64,000 nt of DNA from Minisyncoccota bacterium (GCA_041659365.1 JBAZYH010000001.1:37590-101589); one strand, 5' to 3'; positions 9,571-18,326 are shown, counted from the first letter of the stretch. Program-made: numbers and translations. The notes: generated by a model from the sequence alone, not told the origin.

Positions 9571-9665
9571 AATTATAATTTACACATATCAGCTATAGCT
9601 GATATGTGTAAATTATAATTATTTTAATACAAGAAGACGACTCGCAAAGCGAGTCGTCTTCTTGT
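9571..9665. terminator. bidirectional terminator region between convergent genes: 50-bp perfect palindrome plus a second perfect hairpin
   Basis: aattataatttacacatatcagctatagctgatatgtgtaaattataatt (9571-9620) and acaagaagacgactcgcaaagcgagtcgtcttcttgt (9629-9665), flanked by A/T runs. Confidence 0.55.
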
Positions 9666-9703
9666 ATTTATTTTAAAAATTTTATGAACTTTTTACTTCT
9701 ATC

Positions 9704-10084
9704 CTATCCCAAAACTTTCTCTGCAGCTTCAACTATTTCATCAAGAGAAAGTATAGCTTTAACCAGAAACATTCTTGCACCGAGTCTGGTCCCTCTCTCC
9801 ACATCAGATTTCTGTCCAAGATTCGAAAGAATAATGACTGGGGTGCCTTTTGATCTCTCATCTAAATTAAGATTCTCCATAACCTCAAAACCATTTACTT
9901 TGGGTAAAAGTAAATCAAGCAAAACTAAATCATACCTATTTAACTTAATCATAGAAATAGCGTCCTCACCATTTGAAGCCCGCCCGATGAGGGCCTTCTC
10001 ATCTATAAATTTCTTTGCAAGCATTTCGCTTAGAAGATTATCATCTTCAACTATCAATATTTTTTTACCATCAAATTTTGCCAT
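9704..10084 (-). CDS. response regulator, stand-alone receiver (CheY-like) domain
   Basis: KILIVEDD...phospho-acceptor D in LVLLDLLLP...conserved T/K region (VIILSNLG...K). 126 aa with no output domain. Confidence 0.85.
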   Translation of the reverse strand: MAKFDGKKILIVEDDNLLSEMLAKKFIDEKALIGRASNGEDAISMIKLNRYDLVLLDLLLPKVNGFEVMENLNLDERSKGTPVIILSNLGQKSDVERGTRLGARMFLVKAILSLDEIVEAAEKVLG

Positions 10085-10098
10085 TTTATTTTTAAAAA

Positions 10099-10809
10099 TT
10101 ATTCAAGTAGTAACAATATTGTAACCGTTGTCCCTTCATTTAGAGTTGAATCTATTTTAATACTACCACCATTCATTTCAAGTATTTTTCTTGTAGTATA
10201 AAGACCAATTCCACTTTTTCCAGGTTTCATTTCTATAGTATTTTCACCCTTAATAAATCCATCAAAAATATTTTTTAATCTTTCTGGGGAAATACCGACA
10301 CCTGTATCTTTTACAATTAGTCTTAAACTACTACTAATTTTATCAACAGAGATAATAACCTTACCGTTTGGCGAATATCTAAGTGCGTTGTCTACAACGT
10401 TTATAATAGCAAGTTCTATCGTCTCCATATCAGCAAAGGCGGTGGCCTCAGTACATCTATTATACTCAACTATATTATTTTTTTCTTGAACTAAATATTT
10501 TAAATTTTTTAAGACATTATCTATCAATAAACATAGATTAAATCTCTCTTTTTTAAAATCAAGCTTTTTACTGTCTTTAAAAAGATTTAATACTTCCTCT
10601 GTAATATTTATAGACTCCAAAACTTTATTATAAGACTCTTTTACTAATTGAATATCTCCGTCCTTTTTTTCTGAAATAATTGACTCAAGTAGCCACCTTG
10701 CACCATTTAATGGAGTACGAAGTCTATGAACAAGAGCCATAATTAATGTTTTATCAAAACTACACATCCTTAGATCTTCTTCCTTTTCCTTTCTCTTAAA
10801 AAAATTCAT
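10099..10809 (-). CDS. sensor histidine kinase (soluble; HisKA + HATPase_c)
   Basis: H-box LVHRLRTPLNGARW, N-box NVVDNALRYS, G-boxes KDTGVGISPERL and GKSGIGLY. Overlaps or abuts the receiver gene, so a two-component operon. Confidence 0.8.
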   Translation of the reverse strand: MNFFKRKEKEEDLRMCSFDKTLIMALVHRLRTPLNGARWLLESIISEKKDGDIQLVKESYNKVLESINITEEVLNLFKDSKKLDFKKERFNLCLLIDNVLKNLKYLVQEKNNIVEYNRCTEATAFADMETIELAIINVVDNALRYSPNGKVIISVDKISSSLRLIVKDTGVGISPERLKNIFDGFIKGENTIEMKPGKSGIGLYTTRKILEMNGGSIKIDSTLNEGTTVTILLLLE

Positions 10810-10860
10810 AAGATGATTATATCACAAGGAACAAAATATTGAACTATAAAAAATACACTA

Positions 10861-10982
10861 AACCTGGATTGCTTCGCTTCGCTCGCAAAGACACAAATTA
10901 TTAATAATGAAAAAACAGATTTCATTTTGTGAAATCTGTTTTTATTATATGTCTTTGCGAGCGAAGCGAAGCAATCCAGGTT
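10861..10982. repeat. composite palindromic element: 33-bp inverted arms (aacctggattgcttcgcttcgctcgcaaagaca) flanking a terminator-like hairpin
   Basis: Arms at 10861-10893 and 10950-10982 are perfect reverse complements. Core: aaaaaacagatttcattttgtgaaatctgttttt. The same architecture recurs at 24442-24553. Confidence 0.6.
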
Positions 10983-10999
10983 GATTTTATTAAAATTTT

Positions 11000-13063
11000 T
11001 TATTTCTTCCTTTTAATAGTTTTGACCTTTGGAGTCATTACCTTTATTTTTTCTTTCAACAATAAAATTTCGTCTCGAAGAATAGAAGCGGACTCGAAAT
11101 CTAATATTTTTACAGCGGCATTCATCTGTATTTCTTTCTGTCGAATAAGCTTTTCTGGATTTTTAACAGAGGATACCTCATCTATTCTCAAAAGCTCCTG
11201 CACGGCTTTATCATGATCACTTCTCAAATGTTCAGTAATATCTTTTATAGCCTTAATTATAGTCCTTGGAGTTATGCCATTTTTTTTATTATAGGCTATC
11301 TGTATATCTCTTCTTCTATTTGTTTCTTCTAAAGCTCTTTCTATAGAACCTGTGATTCTATCTGCATAAAGAACAACCCGTCCAGCTACGTTTCTGGCTG
11401 CACGTCCTATTGTCTGTATAAGTGAGGTATCCGAACGCAAAAATCCTTCTTTATCAGCATCAAGTATTCCTATAAACTCTACTTCTGGAAGATCAAGACC
11501 CTCTCTGAGCAAGTTTACTCCTACAAGACAGTCAAACTTCCCTCTTCTAAAACTTGTAAGAATTTCTATTCTGTCTATAGTTTTTATTTCACTATGTAAA
11601 TATTCTGCTTTAACACCTTTTTCTTTTAAATATTCACTAAGATCTTCTGCCATCTTTTTAGTAAGTGTTGTAGCAATAACTCTTCCGCCTCCTTTTATAA
11701 CTTTTAATGATTCATCTATAAAATCAAAAACTTGAGATTTATTTTTATTCTTCACTTCAGTAATCGGCCTTATTTCTACAACAGGATCAATAAGTCCAGT
11801 AGGCCTAATAACCTGCTCAACTATTTGTTCAGAATTTTCTCTCTCGTAATCTCCTGGAGTTGCTGAAGTAAAAATAACTTGATTTATTCTCTCCTCAAAT
11901 TCATCAAACTTTAGTGGTCTATTGTCCTTTGCAGATGGAAGCCTAAAACCATAATCTATAAGAGTTTTCTTTCTTGAAGCATCTCCCGCATACATACCAC
12001 GAATCTGAGAGACAGCTACGTGTGATTCATCTATAACAGTAAGAAAATCTGGAGTACCATCTTCTTTTTTAGGAAAATATTCAAGCAGACTGTCTGGAGC
12101 TTCTCCTGGATTTTTACCAGAAAAATGTCTGGAATAATTTTCTATACCATTACAATAACCAACCTCTTTTATTAAAGCGAGATCATAAGTAGTTCTCCTT
12201 CGAAGTCTTTCTGCTTCAAGATTTTTACCTTCCTTTTTCAAATCTTCGAGTTGTTTTTCCAACTCCGCTTTTATACTTTTGAAGGCTCTTTCTTGTTGTT
12301 CCTTATCTGTAATAAAATGTTTTGCAGGAAAGATAAAAATCGATTGTATATTATCTTCAACAATATTTCTTGAAACAGAATCTATTCTGGTAATAGCTGA
12401 GACTTCGTCATTCTCAATATCTATCCTTATAATAATCTTTTCGTTTACTGGCATTACTTCAATAGAATTACTTACTGCTCTAAATGTTCCAGATTTGATA
12501 TCAGAATTTGTTCTTTCAAAGTAAACACTTATAAGCTTCCTTACTAAATCTTGTCTTGAATAACTATCTCCTATTTTTAGTTTAAGATTAACTTTTTCAT
12601 ATTCCTTTGGACTTCCTAAACCATATATACAAGAAACTGATGCGACAATTATCACATCTTTCCTTGTAAGAAGTGCCTGAGTAGAAGCATGACGAAGTCG
12701 ATCAATTTCCTCATTTATCATTGCCTCTTTTTCTATATAAGTATCTGTAACAGGCATATAAGCCTCTGGCTGATAATAGTCATAATAAGAGACAAAATAA
12801 TGTACAGCATTATCAGGGAAGAATTCTTTATATTCTTGAGCAAGCTGAGCCGCAAGGGTTTTATTGTGAGCTATTACAAGAGTTGGTTTCTGTATTTGCT
12901 GGATAACATTTGCAACTGTAAAAGTTTTTCCAGAGCCAGTAACACCAAAAAGGGTTTGTTTTTTAAACCCCTTTTTAATCCCTTCAACTAGCTGTTCAAT
13001 TGCATTTGGCTGGTCACCAGCGGGAGCATAATCAGCTCGAATTTTAAACTTATTTTGTGACAT
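11000..13063 (-). CDS. uvrB: excinuclease ABC subunit B (UvrB)
   Basis: ADYAPAGDQPNAIEQLVEGI, Walker A GVTGSGKTFTVANVI, helicase motifs, C-terminal UVR domain. The track ORF starts at 13084, but the likely start is the Met at 13063 (MSQNKFKIRADY), because the upstream codons fall inside the repeat element. Confidence 0.9.
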   Translation of the reverse strand: MSQNKFKIRADYAPAGDQPNAIEQLVEGIKKGFKKQTLFGVTGSGKTFTVANVIQQIQKPTLVIAHNKTLAAQLAQEYKEFFPDNAVHYFVSYYDYYQPEAYMPVTDTYIEKEAMINEEIDRLRHASTQALLTRKDVIIVASVSCIYGLGSPKEYEKVNLKLKIGDSYSRQDLVRKLISVYFERTNSDIKSGTFRAVSNSIEVMPVNEKIIIRIDIENDEVSAITRIDSVSRNIVEDNIQSIFIFPAKHFITDKEQQERAFKSIKAELEKQLEDLKKEGKNLEAERLRRRTTYDLALIKEVGYCNGIENYSRHFSGKNPGEAPDSLLEYFPKKEDGTPDFLTVIDESHVAVSQIRGMYAGDASRKKTLIDYGFRLPSAKDNRPLKFDEFEERINQVIFTSATPGDYERENSEQIVEQVIRPTGLIDPVVEIRPITEVKNKNKSQVFDFIDESLKVIKGGGRVIATTLTKKMAEDLSEYLKEKGVKAEYLHSEIKTIDRIEILTSFRRGKFDCLVGVNLLREGLDLPEVEFIGILDADKEGFLRSDTSLIQTIGRAARNVAGRVVLYADRITGSIERALEETNRRRDIQIAYNKKNGITPRTIIKAIKDITEHLRSDHDKAVQELLRIDEVSSVKNPEKLIRQKEIQMNAAVKILDFESASILRDEILLLKEKIKVMTPKVKTIKRKK

Positions 13064-13078
13064 AATTTTGTTTTTGTG

Positions 13079-13154
13079 TGTCATTCCCGTGAAGACGGTA
13101 ATCCATGAATATTATATTTCTGTCATTGCGAGGTAGTCCGTCGCAATCCAGGTT
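13079..13154. repeat. two short palindromic repeat elements (TGTCATT-hairpin-AATCC family)
   Basis: tgtcattcccgtgaagacggtaatccatg (13079-13107) and tgtcattgcgaggtagtccgtcgcaatccaggtt (13121-13154). Confidence 0.6.
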
Positions 13155-13289
13155 ATATTAACTGATTCTATATTACCCTTGAATGAATAATAATAACATT
13201 TGACAATCAAACAATGATTATGCTACATTTTAAAAGGAAAGACAAGTGTTTTTTTTAAAAAAAAACACAAAGAAAAAGGATAGTACGTT

Positions 13290-13592
13290 ATGGAACTGTC
13301 AAAAGAAAGAATGGGTAAGATTGCAATATTAATGCTCAAGAAAATCTATGAGAGACACCAGAGTAAAATGGGTATTCTCGGCCACATCAATGCCGTGGAG
13401 TTCGTGGAAGATATTTCAGCTGATTGTGCCGACCTTCCCAAGGAAGACGACATCAAGCTCGAAGAATACTTCGCTGTAATGAGTAAGATTCTTCCGAAAG
13501 AAAGTCAGGGAACATACGATGAGGCAGTGAAAAATTTCCTGGAGAAAAAATTAGTTGCTACAAAGTCACCCGAACCCGAATCGAAAAGCTGA
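13290..13592 (+). CDS. hypothetical small acidic protein; GC-rich (about 42%) relative to genome
   Basis: RBS aaaaaggat; clear codon periodicity; followed by GC-rich terminator aaaaccgcgtgcacgacacacgcggttttctt (13655-13690). Confidence 0.5.
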   Translation: MELSKERMGKIAILMLKKIYERHQSKMGILGHINAVEFVEDISADCADLPKEDDIKLEEYFAVMSKILPKESQGTYDEAVKNFLEKKLVATKSPEPESKS

Positions 13593-13654
13593 TCTTTTTT
13601 ACAGCATTTTGACAAAGGTTTTCAAGGACGGAACAATCATCCCTACTTGAAAAT

Positions 13655-13690
13655 CAAAAACCGCGTGCACGACACACGCGGTTTTCTTAT
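13655..13690 (+). terminator. intrinsic terminator (copy 1 of an identical pair)
   Basis: ccgcgtg-cacgaca-cacgcgg stem-loop plus T-run. An identical 36-bp sequence sits at 14204-14239. Confidence 0.6.
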
Positions 13691-13795
13691 TTTTTAAAAA
13701 TTGAGTTCAAACTAAAATTGACTTAATCTGACTTATTATGTAGTCTTTTAACTAGGAAATCAAGTTCTCAAACAAAACGAGTAAAAGGAGCCAGT

Positions 13796-14182
13796 ATGAA
13801 AAGGTTTTTAGTCCGATCATCGAAAGAGAACCAGTTTTGGACTTTTTTGATCAAAAAAAGCCGTAACGGAAAAATGGGGTTATGGTTTGTGATGGTGTAT
13901 GTTAAGAGTCTCAACTTTATTACCCTTTCCCCCGTCTGGAGAAAGATTGAAAATAATGGGTTACCAAAAAATATTGGTACCCATGGCCGTTTCATTCTTG
14001 GTGGAGACATCAAGCTACTTGGTGGTGACGATGCTGGATCAAATGAAAAAGAATACATCTCACAAACAACACAAAGTGGCTCTGTTAAACACACACTTCC
14101 TTGTGACGGTTTTGGCAGAGAAAAAATATTTCGCACTCTTCTCTTACTTTCAAAAGAAAGCTCTGGAGAACAGGTTGTCTAA
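13796..14182 (+). CDS. hypothetical protein; moderately GC-rich
   Basis: Consensus RBS aaaaggagcc, 5 nt, then ATG; followed by the second copy of the identical terminator (14204-14239). Overlapping alternative-frame ORFs (13899-14462 +, 13768-14136 -) are judged spurious. Confidence 0.4.
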   Translation: MKRFLVRSSKENQFWTFLIKKSRNGKMGLWFVMVYVKSLNFITLSPVWRKIENNGLPKNIGTHGRFILGGDIKLLGGDDAGSNEKEYISQTTQSGSVKHTLPCDGFGREKIFRTLLLLSKESSGEQVV

Positions 14183-14257
14183 GGCCCAAAACCTTAGGTT
14201 AATCAAAAACCGCGTGCACGACACACGCGGTTTTCTTCTGTCACTTAAGCGACAAAA

Positions 14258-14725
14258 TCAGTCGAATCGTTTACAATTTCTACCTACAAACCAAGGTTTT
14301 TTCTCTAAATATTCAATAATAAACTCCCCTTTTCTTTTGTGGACATTATACCTTGCCTTAAAAGTTAACCATCCACAAATATCAACATTTCCCTTTTTAA
14401 TTACGTCAACCGGTAATTTAAAAAGAGAACAAAGAGTCAGTCTTGATTCTTTATCAAAATAACCAGATAAAAAATAATCACTATAATTATATTCTATATT
14501 TTCAATACCTGTAATTACAACAGATATAGCAATTGCAGTTGTACTTTTTTCCCATCCTTTTATTGGTTGTAAGAGAATTTTAAAAATTACAGGAAAACCA
14601 AAAGGCGAATTTCCCCCACTACTACCTAATGATGGTAAAGTAATTGAAAGCGAAGTTAAAACACTATGAAGTGAAGGTCCATCATCGATACTTGTAGTTA
14701 CCAGTTCTCTTTTTTCGGTAGTCAT
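14258..14725 (-). CDS. hypothetical protein
   Basis: Good RBS (aaaaaggagagtcgtATG); 155 aa; no family recognised. Confidence 0.45.
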   Translation of the reverse strand: MTTEKRELVTTSIDDGPSLHSVLTSLSITLPSLGSSGGNSPFGFPVIFKILLQPIKGWEKSTTAIAISVVITGIENIEYNYSDYFLSGYFDKESRLTLCSLFKLPVDVIKKGNVDICGWLTFKARYNVHKRKGEFIIEYLEKKPWFVGRNCKRFD

Positions 14726-14885
14726 ACGACTCTCCTTTTTGAATGAACAAGCGTATTAGTTGATGAATACACGATACATCCTTATTTCCAGTTTTACCTA
14801 GAAACGACCCAACCATACAGTCAGGAATTAATTCATTTTTATATTATATATAATATGTAGTAATGTCAATTTTTAGGATTATAAA

Positions 14886-14921
14886 TTTTACACATATACG
14901 CCATGGCGTATATGTGTAAAA
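14886..14921. repeat. perfect palindrome TTTTACACATATACGCCATGGCGTATATGTGTAAAA (copy 1 of 3)
   Basis: Perfect inverted repeat centred on CCATGG, flanked by T- and A-runs. It lies downstream of the tgt stop, so it is probably a bidirectional terminator. Confidence 0.6.
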
Positions 14922-14940
14922 TTAATTTATTAAAATACTT

Positions 14941-15066
14941 AACCTGGATTGCGACGTCAGAATACTTCCTCGCAATGACAGAAGGGGAATTTTGCGAAGC
15001 AAAATTCCCCTCTCTCCTATTTATTTTCTTTTTGTCATTGCGAGTTACTACGTCGCAATCCAGGTT
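14941..15066. repeat. two short palindromic repeat elements in opposite orientation, plus a central hairpin
   Basis: aacctggattgcgacgtcagaatacttcctcgcaatgaca (14941-14980); ggggaattttgcgaagcaaaattcccc hairpin (14984-15010); tgtcattgcgagttactacgtcgcaatccaggtt (15043-15066). Confidence 0.55.
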
Positions 15067-15076
15067 AATTTTTATT

Positions 15077-16378
15077 TTATTTAAGATATTTACTTAAAAA
15101 TTCTTTTCTAAATTTATCAAAATTATTATCTAGTATACTCTGACGGATTTTTTTAACTAGATTAACAATAAAATAGATATTATGTATTGAAGCTAGTGTT
15201 CCACCAAGCATTTCTTTACCATGGAAAAGATGACACAAATAAGCTCTAGAATAATTCTTACATGTATAACACGCGCAATCATCTTCAACGGGTTTTATAT
15301 CTATTCTAAACTCGTTATTCATTATATGAATCTTCCCTGTCTTAGTGTAAATAGTTCCGTTTCTTCCAAGCCTTGTTGGTAATACACAATCAAAAAGATC
15401 TATACCATTTTCGATTCCCATAAATAAATCTTCTGGTTCACCAATACCCAAAAGGTGTCTTGGTTTTTCTTCTGGAAGTATCTCATTTACCCATTTTACA
15501 GCAGTAGACATATCTTCTTTAGCGAAAGAACCACCTATTCCAAAACCATCAAACTTTTCTCCATCTATCTCCATTTCTGAAATTACTTTTGCAGATTTCT
15601 TTCTTAAATTTTCATCTCTACCACCTTGGATAATTCCGAATAATGCTGGGCCAAAAAAATCCTGGATTCCCGCCTCCGCGAGAATGACAGATTCGGTTTT
15701 TGTTTCTTTCAACTTTTCACTTTGAACTTTTAACTTGAGATGTTCTTCCAGACAGCGCTTTGCCCAAGAATGAGTCCTCTCAAGTGCCTCCTCTTGATAC
15801 TTCAAATCTTCGGATGGTGAAGTACACTCATCAAAAGCAAATATCATATCTGCACCTAAGTTATGTTGTATCTGTATAGATCTCTCAGGAGTAATATAGT
15901 GAACAGAACCATCTATATGAGATGTAAAAGAAACTCCATCCTGTCCTATCTTTGCCAGCCTTGGAGCATTTGAATCATCAAATCTTTCAGGAATCAAAAG
16001 AGATGGATTAGTTATTTGTATAACTTTTGATATTTCTTTTCCATAAGCAGCACCAAGAGAAAAAACTTGAAAACCACCAGAATCAGTCATACTCGGTCCG
16101 TGCCAGTTCATCATTTTATTTAAACCACCCATTTTCTTCACAGATTCATCTCCAGGCTGAAGATATAAGTGATATGTATTTGCAAGGACTACTTGAGCTC
16201 CAGTATCTCTCACCTGCTCAGGATTGACCGATTTTACTGTCCCCTTAGTCCCAACCACCACAAAAGCAGGGGTTTCTATTATCCCGTGAGCTGTTTCTAT
16301 AGTTCCTGCTCTTCCAAGCTTTCCTTCAAGCTTTTTTTCTATTTTAAAATTAATAGCTTTCACTTGGTTAATATACAT
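15077..16378 (-). CDS. tgt: queuine tRNA-ribosyltransferase
   Basis: GRAGTIETAHGIIETPAFVVVGTKG, VLANTYHLYLQPG, zinc site CACYTCKNYSRAYLCHL. The track ORF runs to 16477, but that extension overlaps a repeat element, so the Met at 16376-16378 (MYINQVKAINF) is the likely start. Confidence 0.85.
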   Translation of the reverse strand: MYINQVKAINFKIEKKLEGKLGRAGTIETAHGIIETPAFVVVGTKGTVKSVNPEQVRDTGAQVVLANTYHLYLQPGDESVKKMGGLNKMMNWHGPSMTDSGGFQVFSLGAAYGKEISKVIQITNPSLLIPERFDDSNAPRLAKIGQDGVSFTSHIDGSVHYITPERSIQIQHNLGADMIFAFDECTSPSEDLKYQEEALERTHSWAKRCLEEHLKLKVQSEKLKETKTESVILAEAGIQDFFGPALFGIIQGGRDENLRKKSAKVISEMEIDGEKFDGFGIGGSFAKEDMSTAVKWVNEILPEEKPRHLLGIGEPEDLFMGIENGIDLFDCVLPTRLGRNGTIYTKTGKIHIMNNEFRIDIKPVEDDCACYTCKNYSRAYLCHLFHGKEMLGGTLASIHNIYFIVNLVKKIRQSILDNNFDKFRKEFLSKYLK

Positions 16379-16430
16379 GAATAAATATATTACTGCAAAG
16401 AGATAAAAAATGCATTTAAGATAGAGAGTA

Positions 16431-16551
16431 AAGCTGAGCGTTTTAAAAGCCTTACGGAAATAAATTTGTAGCAACAAATTTATTGAGTAGAGAAAAAGCC
16501 CCGCGACGGCGGGACTTTTATCGTGCTTTCAAAACGCTCTGCGAGCGAGCC
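16431..16551. repeat. about 120-bp intergenic repeat (second copy, inverted, at 42118-42246)
   Basis: The reverse complement ggctcgctcgcagagcgttttgaaagcacgata...ttctctactca...ttccgtaaggcttttaaaa...gctcagc matches 42118-42246 with a different internal hairpin. Confidence 0.5.
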
Positions 16552-16552
16552 T

Positions 16553-17014
16553 CTATTTAACTTCCAATAATTCAACCTCAAAAATCAAAGTAGAATTTCC
16601 AGGTATAGGACCGTAATCATTTGGACCATAAGCAAAATCTGGAGGTATCACGAGAAGTCTCTTTCCACCAACTTTCATACCTTCTATACCTATGTCCCAA
16701 CCTTTAATAACCATTCCTGATCCAAGTGTAAATTCAAAAGGAACACCTCTATCTCTAGAACTATCAAACTTCTTACCATCTGCAAACACACCAGTATAGT
16801 GAACCTTTACAGTTTTACCTGCTGTAGCAACATCACCAGTACCTAGAGTTAAATCTTTTTGGTCAATCTGTATAACTTGAGTATCTTCTTGTTGAGTCAT
16901 TTCATTTTTATTATTATCTGAACCTATAAAATTATTTACTAATCCCGCGCCTCCAACCATCGCGAGTATAACTATAATCGAAACAGCGACTGCAATTGAT
17001 GTTTTTTTATCCAT
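16553..17014 (-). CDS. FKBP-type peptidyl-prolyl cis-trans isomerase, membrane-anchored or secreted
   Basis: N-terminal TM/signal; FKBP core [62 protein letters not shown]. Confidence 0.8.
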   Translation of the reverse strand: MDKKTSIAVAVSIIVILAMVGGAGLVNNFIGSDNNKNEMTQQEDTQVIQIDQKDLTLGTGDVATAGKTVKVHYTGVFADGKKFDSSRDRGVPFEFTLGSGMVIKGWDIGIEGMKVGGKRLLVIPPDFAYGPNDYGPIPGNSTLIFEVELLEVK

Positions 17015-17123
17015 ACTTTTTTAAACTAATAAATTAAACTAATAAATTATTGACCTATCTTATATACAAATATTATATCACACGTAAAAAATAAAAAAAC
17101 GATTACCTTTTAAAAAGATGTGA

Positions 17124-17138
17124 TATAATTTATCCATG
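17124..17138 (+). promoter_or_regulatory. extended -10 (TGaTATAAT) ending 6 nt before the LOG start codon; possible leaderless transcript
   Basis: gatgtgatataatttatccATG; no room for a Shine-Dalgarno. Confidence 0.3.
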
Positions 17139-17867
17139 ATTTTTAAAAATATTTTTTCTAATAAAAAGGAATCCAATGTAGTAAAGGCAGTAAATAATTA
17201 TATATCAGCTGGCCCCATAACTACCAAAAGGATGGAAGAAATTATTAAAAAAAGGACAAAAACCACTGATAGAGAGTTTGAAAAAGGATATAAATTAATA
17301 AAGAAATATCCAAGATCAGTAAGTATCCTAGGTTCAGCAAGATTCAAGGAAGATAATATATACTACAAGCAAGCACGATCTCTAGCATATAGAATAGTAA
17401 AAGAACTAAAATATGCTGTAGTTACTGGTGGTGGTCCGGGGGTAATGGAAGCAGCAAATAGAGGGGCTTTTGAAGGGGAAGGTGTTTCTCTTGGTATCAC
17501 TATCAAACTTCCAAAAGAACAGGGTACGAACAAATATGTTACTGAATTTGCAGAATTTGAATATTTTTTCAGTAGAAAAACAATATTGTTTTTCTCAGCA
17601 GAAACTTATATTTATTATCCTGGAGGTTTTGGTACTATGGATGAATTTTTTGAAATAGTAACATTAATACAAACCAAAAAAATACCTAAAGTTCCAGTAG
17701 TTCTTGTTGGAAAAGAATTCTGGCAACCGCTTCTTGCTCTCATTAAAGAAGAATTATATGAAGATAATGCAACTATAAACGAAATCGACATGGAACTTTA
17801 TAAAATAGTTGATTCTGAAGATGAAATATTAGATATAATTCGAAAAGCTCCATATAGACAGGAATGA
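17136..17867 (+). CDS. LOG-family protein (Rossmann-fold nucleotide-binding; lysine-decarboxylase-like / cytokinin riboside 5'-monophosphate phosphoribohydrolase family)
   Basis: Motifs VVTGGGPGVMEAANRGA and YYPGGFGTMDEFFE. Uses a TGA stop. Confidence 0.8.
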   Translation: MIFKNIFSNKKESNVVKAVNNYISAGPITTKRMEEIIKKRTKTTDREFEKGYKLIKKYPRSVSILGSARFKEDNIYYKQARSLAYRIVKELKYAVVTGGGPGVMEAANRGAFEGEGVSLGITIKLPKEQGTNKYVTEFAEFEYFFSRKTILFFSAETYIYYPGGFGTMDEFFEIVTLIQTKKIPKVPVVLVGKEFWQPLLALIKEELYEDNATINEIDMELYKIVDSEDEILDIIRKAPYRQE

Positions 17868-17966
17868 TAATAAGTTAAAAGTAGAAAGTTTAAAGTTAAA
17901 AGCAATACAAATACAAAAACCACTTAAATTAAGTGGTTTTTGTATTTGTATTAAATTGTCCTTATA

Positions 17967-18326
17967 TTATATTCTATATTCCTCAAGTTTTTTTGCAACA
18001 GCAAGGGCTGTTAAATTTTCTTTTGTTTGTGCTGCACCAGGTAAATTTTCCCATAATTCTAAAATTGACTTAGAAAAAGCTTGCGCATTTTTAGCAAAAT
18101 TAATCCATCCTTCATTAGGACCAAATTCATCTTCTGATACACTAACTGTTTCTGGAGTAATATTAAACTCAGCACCATTTCTATCCCAAGTGAATTTACC
18201 TTCTCCAACCTTTTTTATTCCTTCAAGAGATTCACCATAAATTGGAGCATCCATGTATGCAACTACAGCTTCATCAAACAAGGGTTTATATATTTCTTTT
18301 TTCTCAACATCTTTAATTTCTTCCAT
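17967..18326 (-). CDS. hypothetical acidic protein
   Basis: 119 aa; no family recognised. Terminator-like hairpin aaaaccacttaaattaagtggttttt lies downstream at about 17915-17945. Confidence 0.4.
   Translation of the reverse strand: MEEIKDVEKKEIYKPLFDEAVVAYMDAPIYGESLEGIKKVGEGKFTWDRNGAEFNITPETVSVSEDEFGPNEGWINFAKNAQAFSKSILELWENLPGAAQTKENLTALAVAKKLEEYRI

Noticed and set aside
11000-13084. Longer starts for uvrB (13084) and the ABC ATPase (TTG at 63098)
   Set aside because: The extra codons are read from short palindromic repeat elements. Internal Mets give canonical N-termini.
13768-14462. Alternative-frame ORFs 13768-14136 (-) and 13899-14462 (+)
   Set aside because: They overlap the RBS-supported + ORF 13796-14182, and 13899-14462 runs through the terminator hairpin. 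There is no independent support.
15077-16477. N-terminal TM extension on Tgt (start at 16477)
   Set aside because: The extension is translated from a repeat element (16431-16551). Canonical Tgt begins at the internal Met at 16376-16378.
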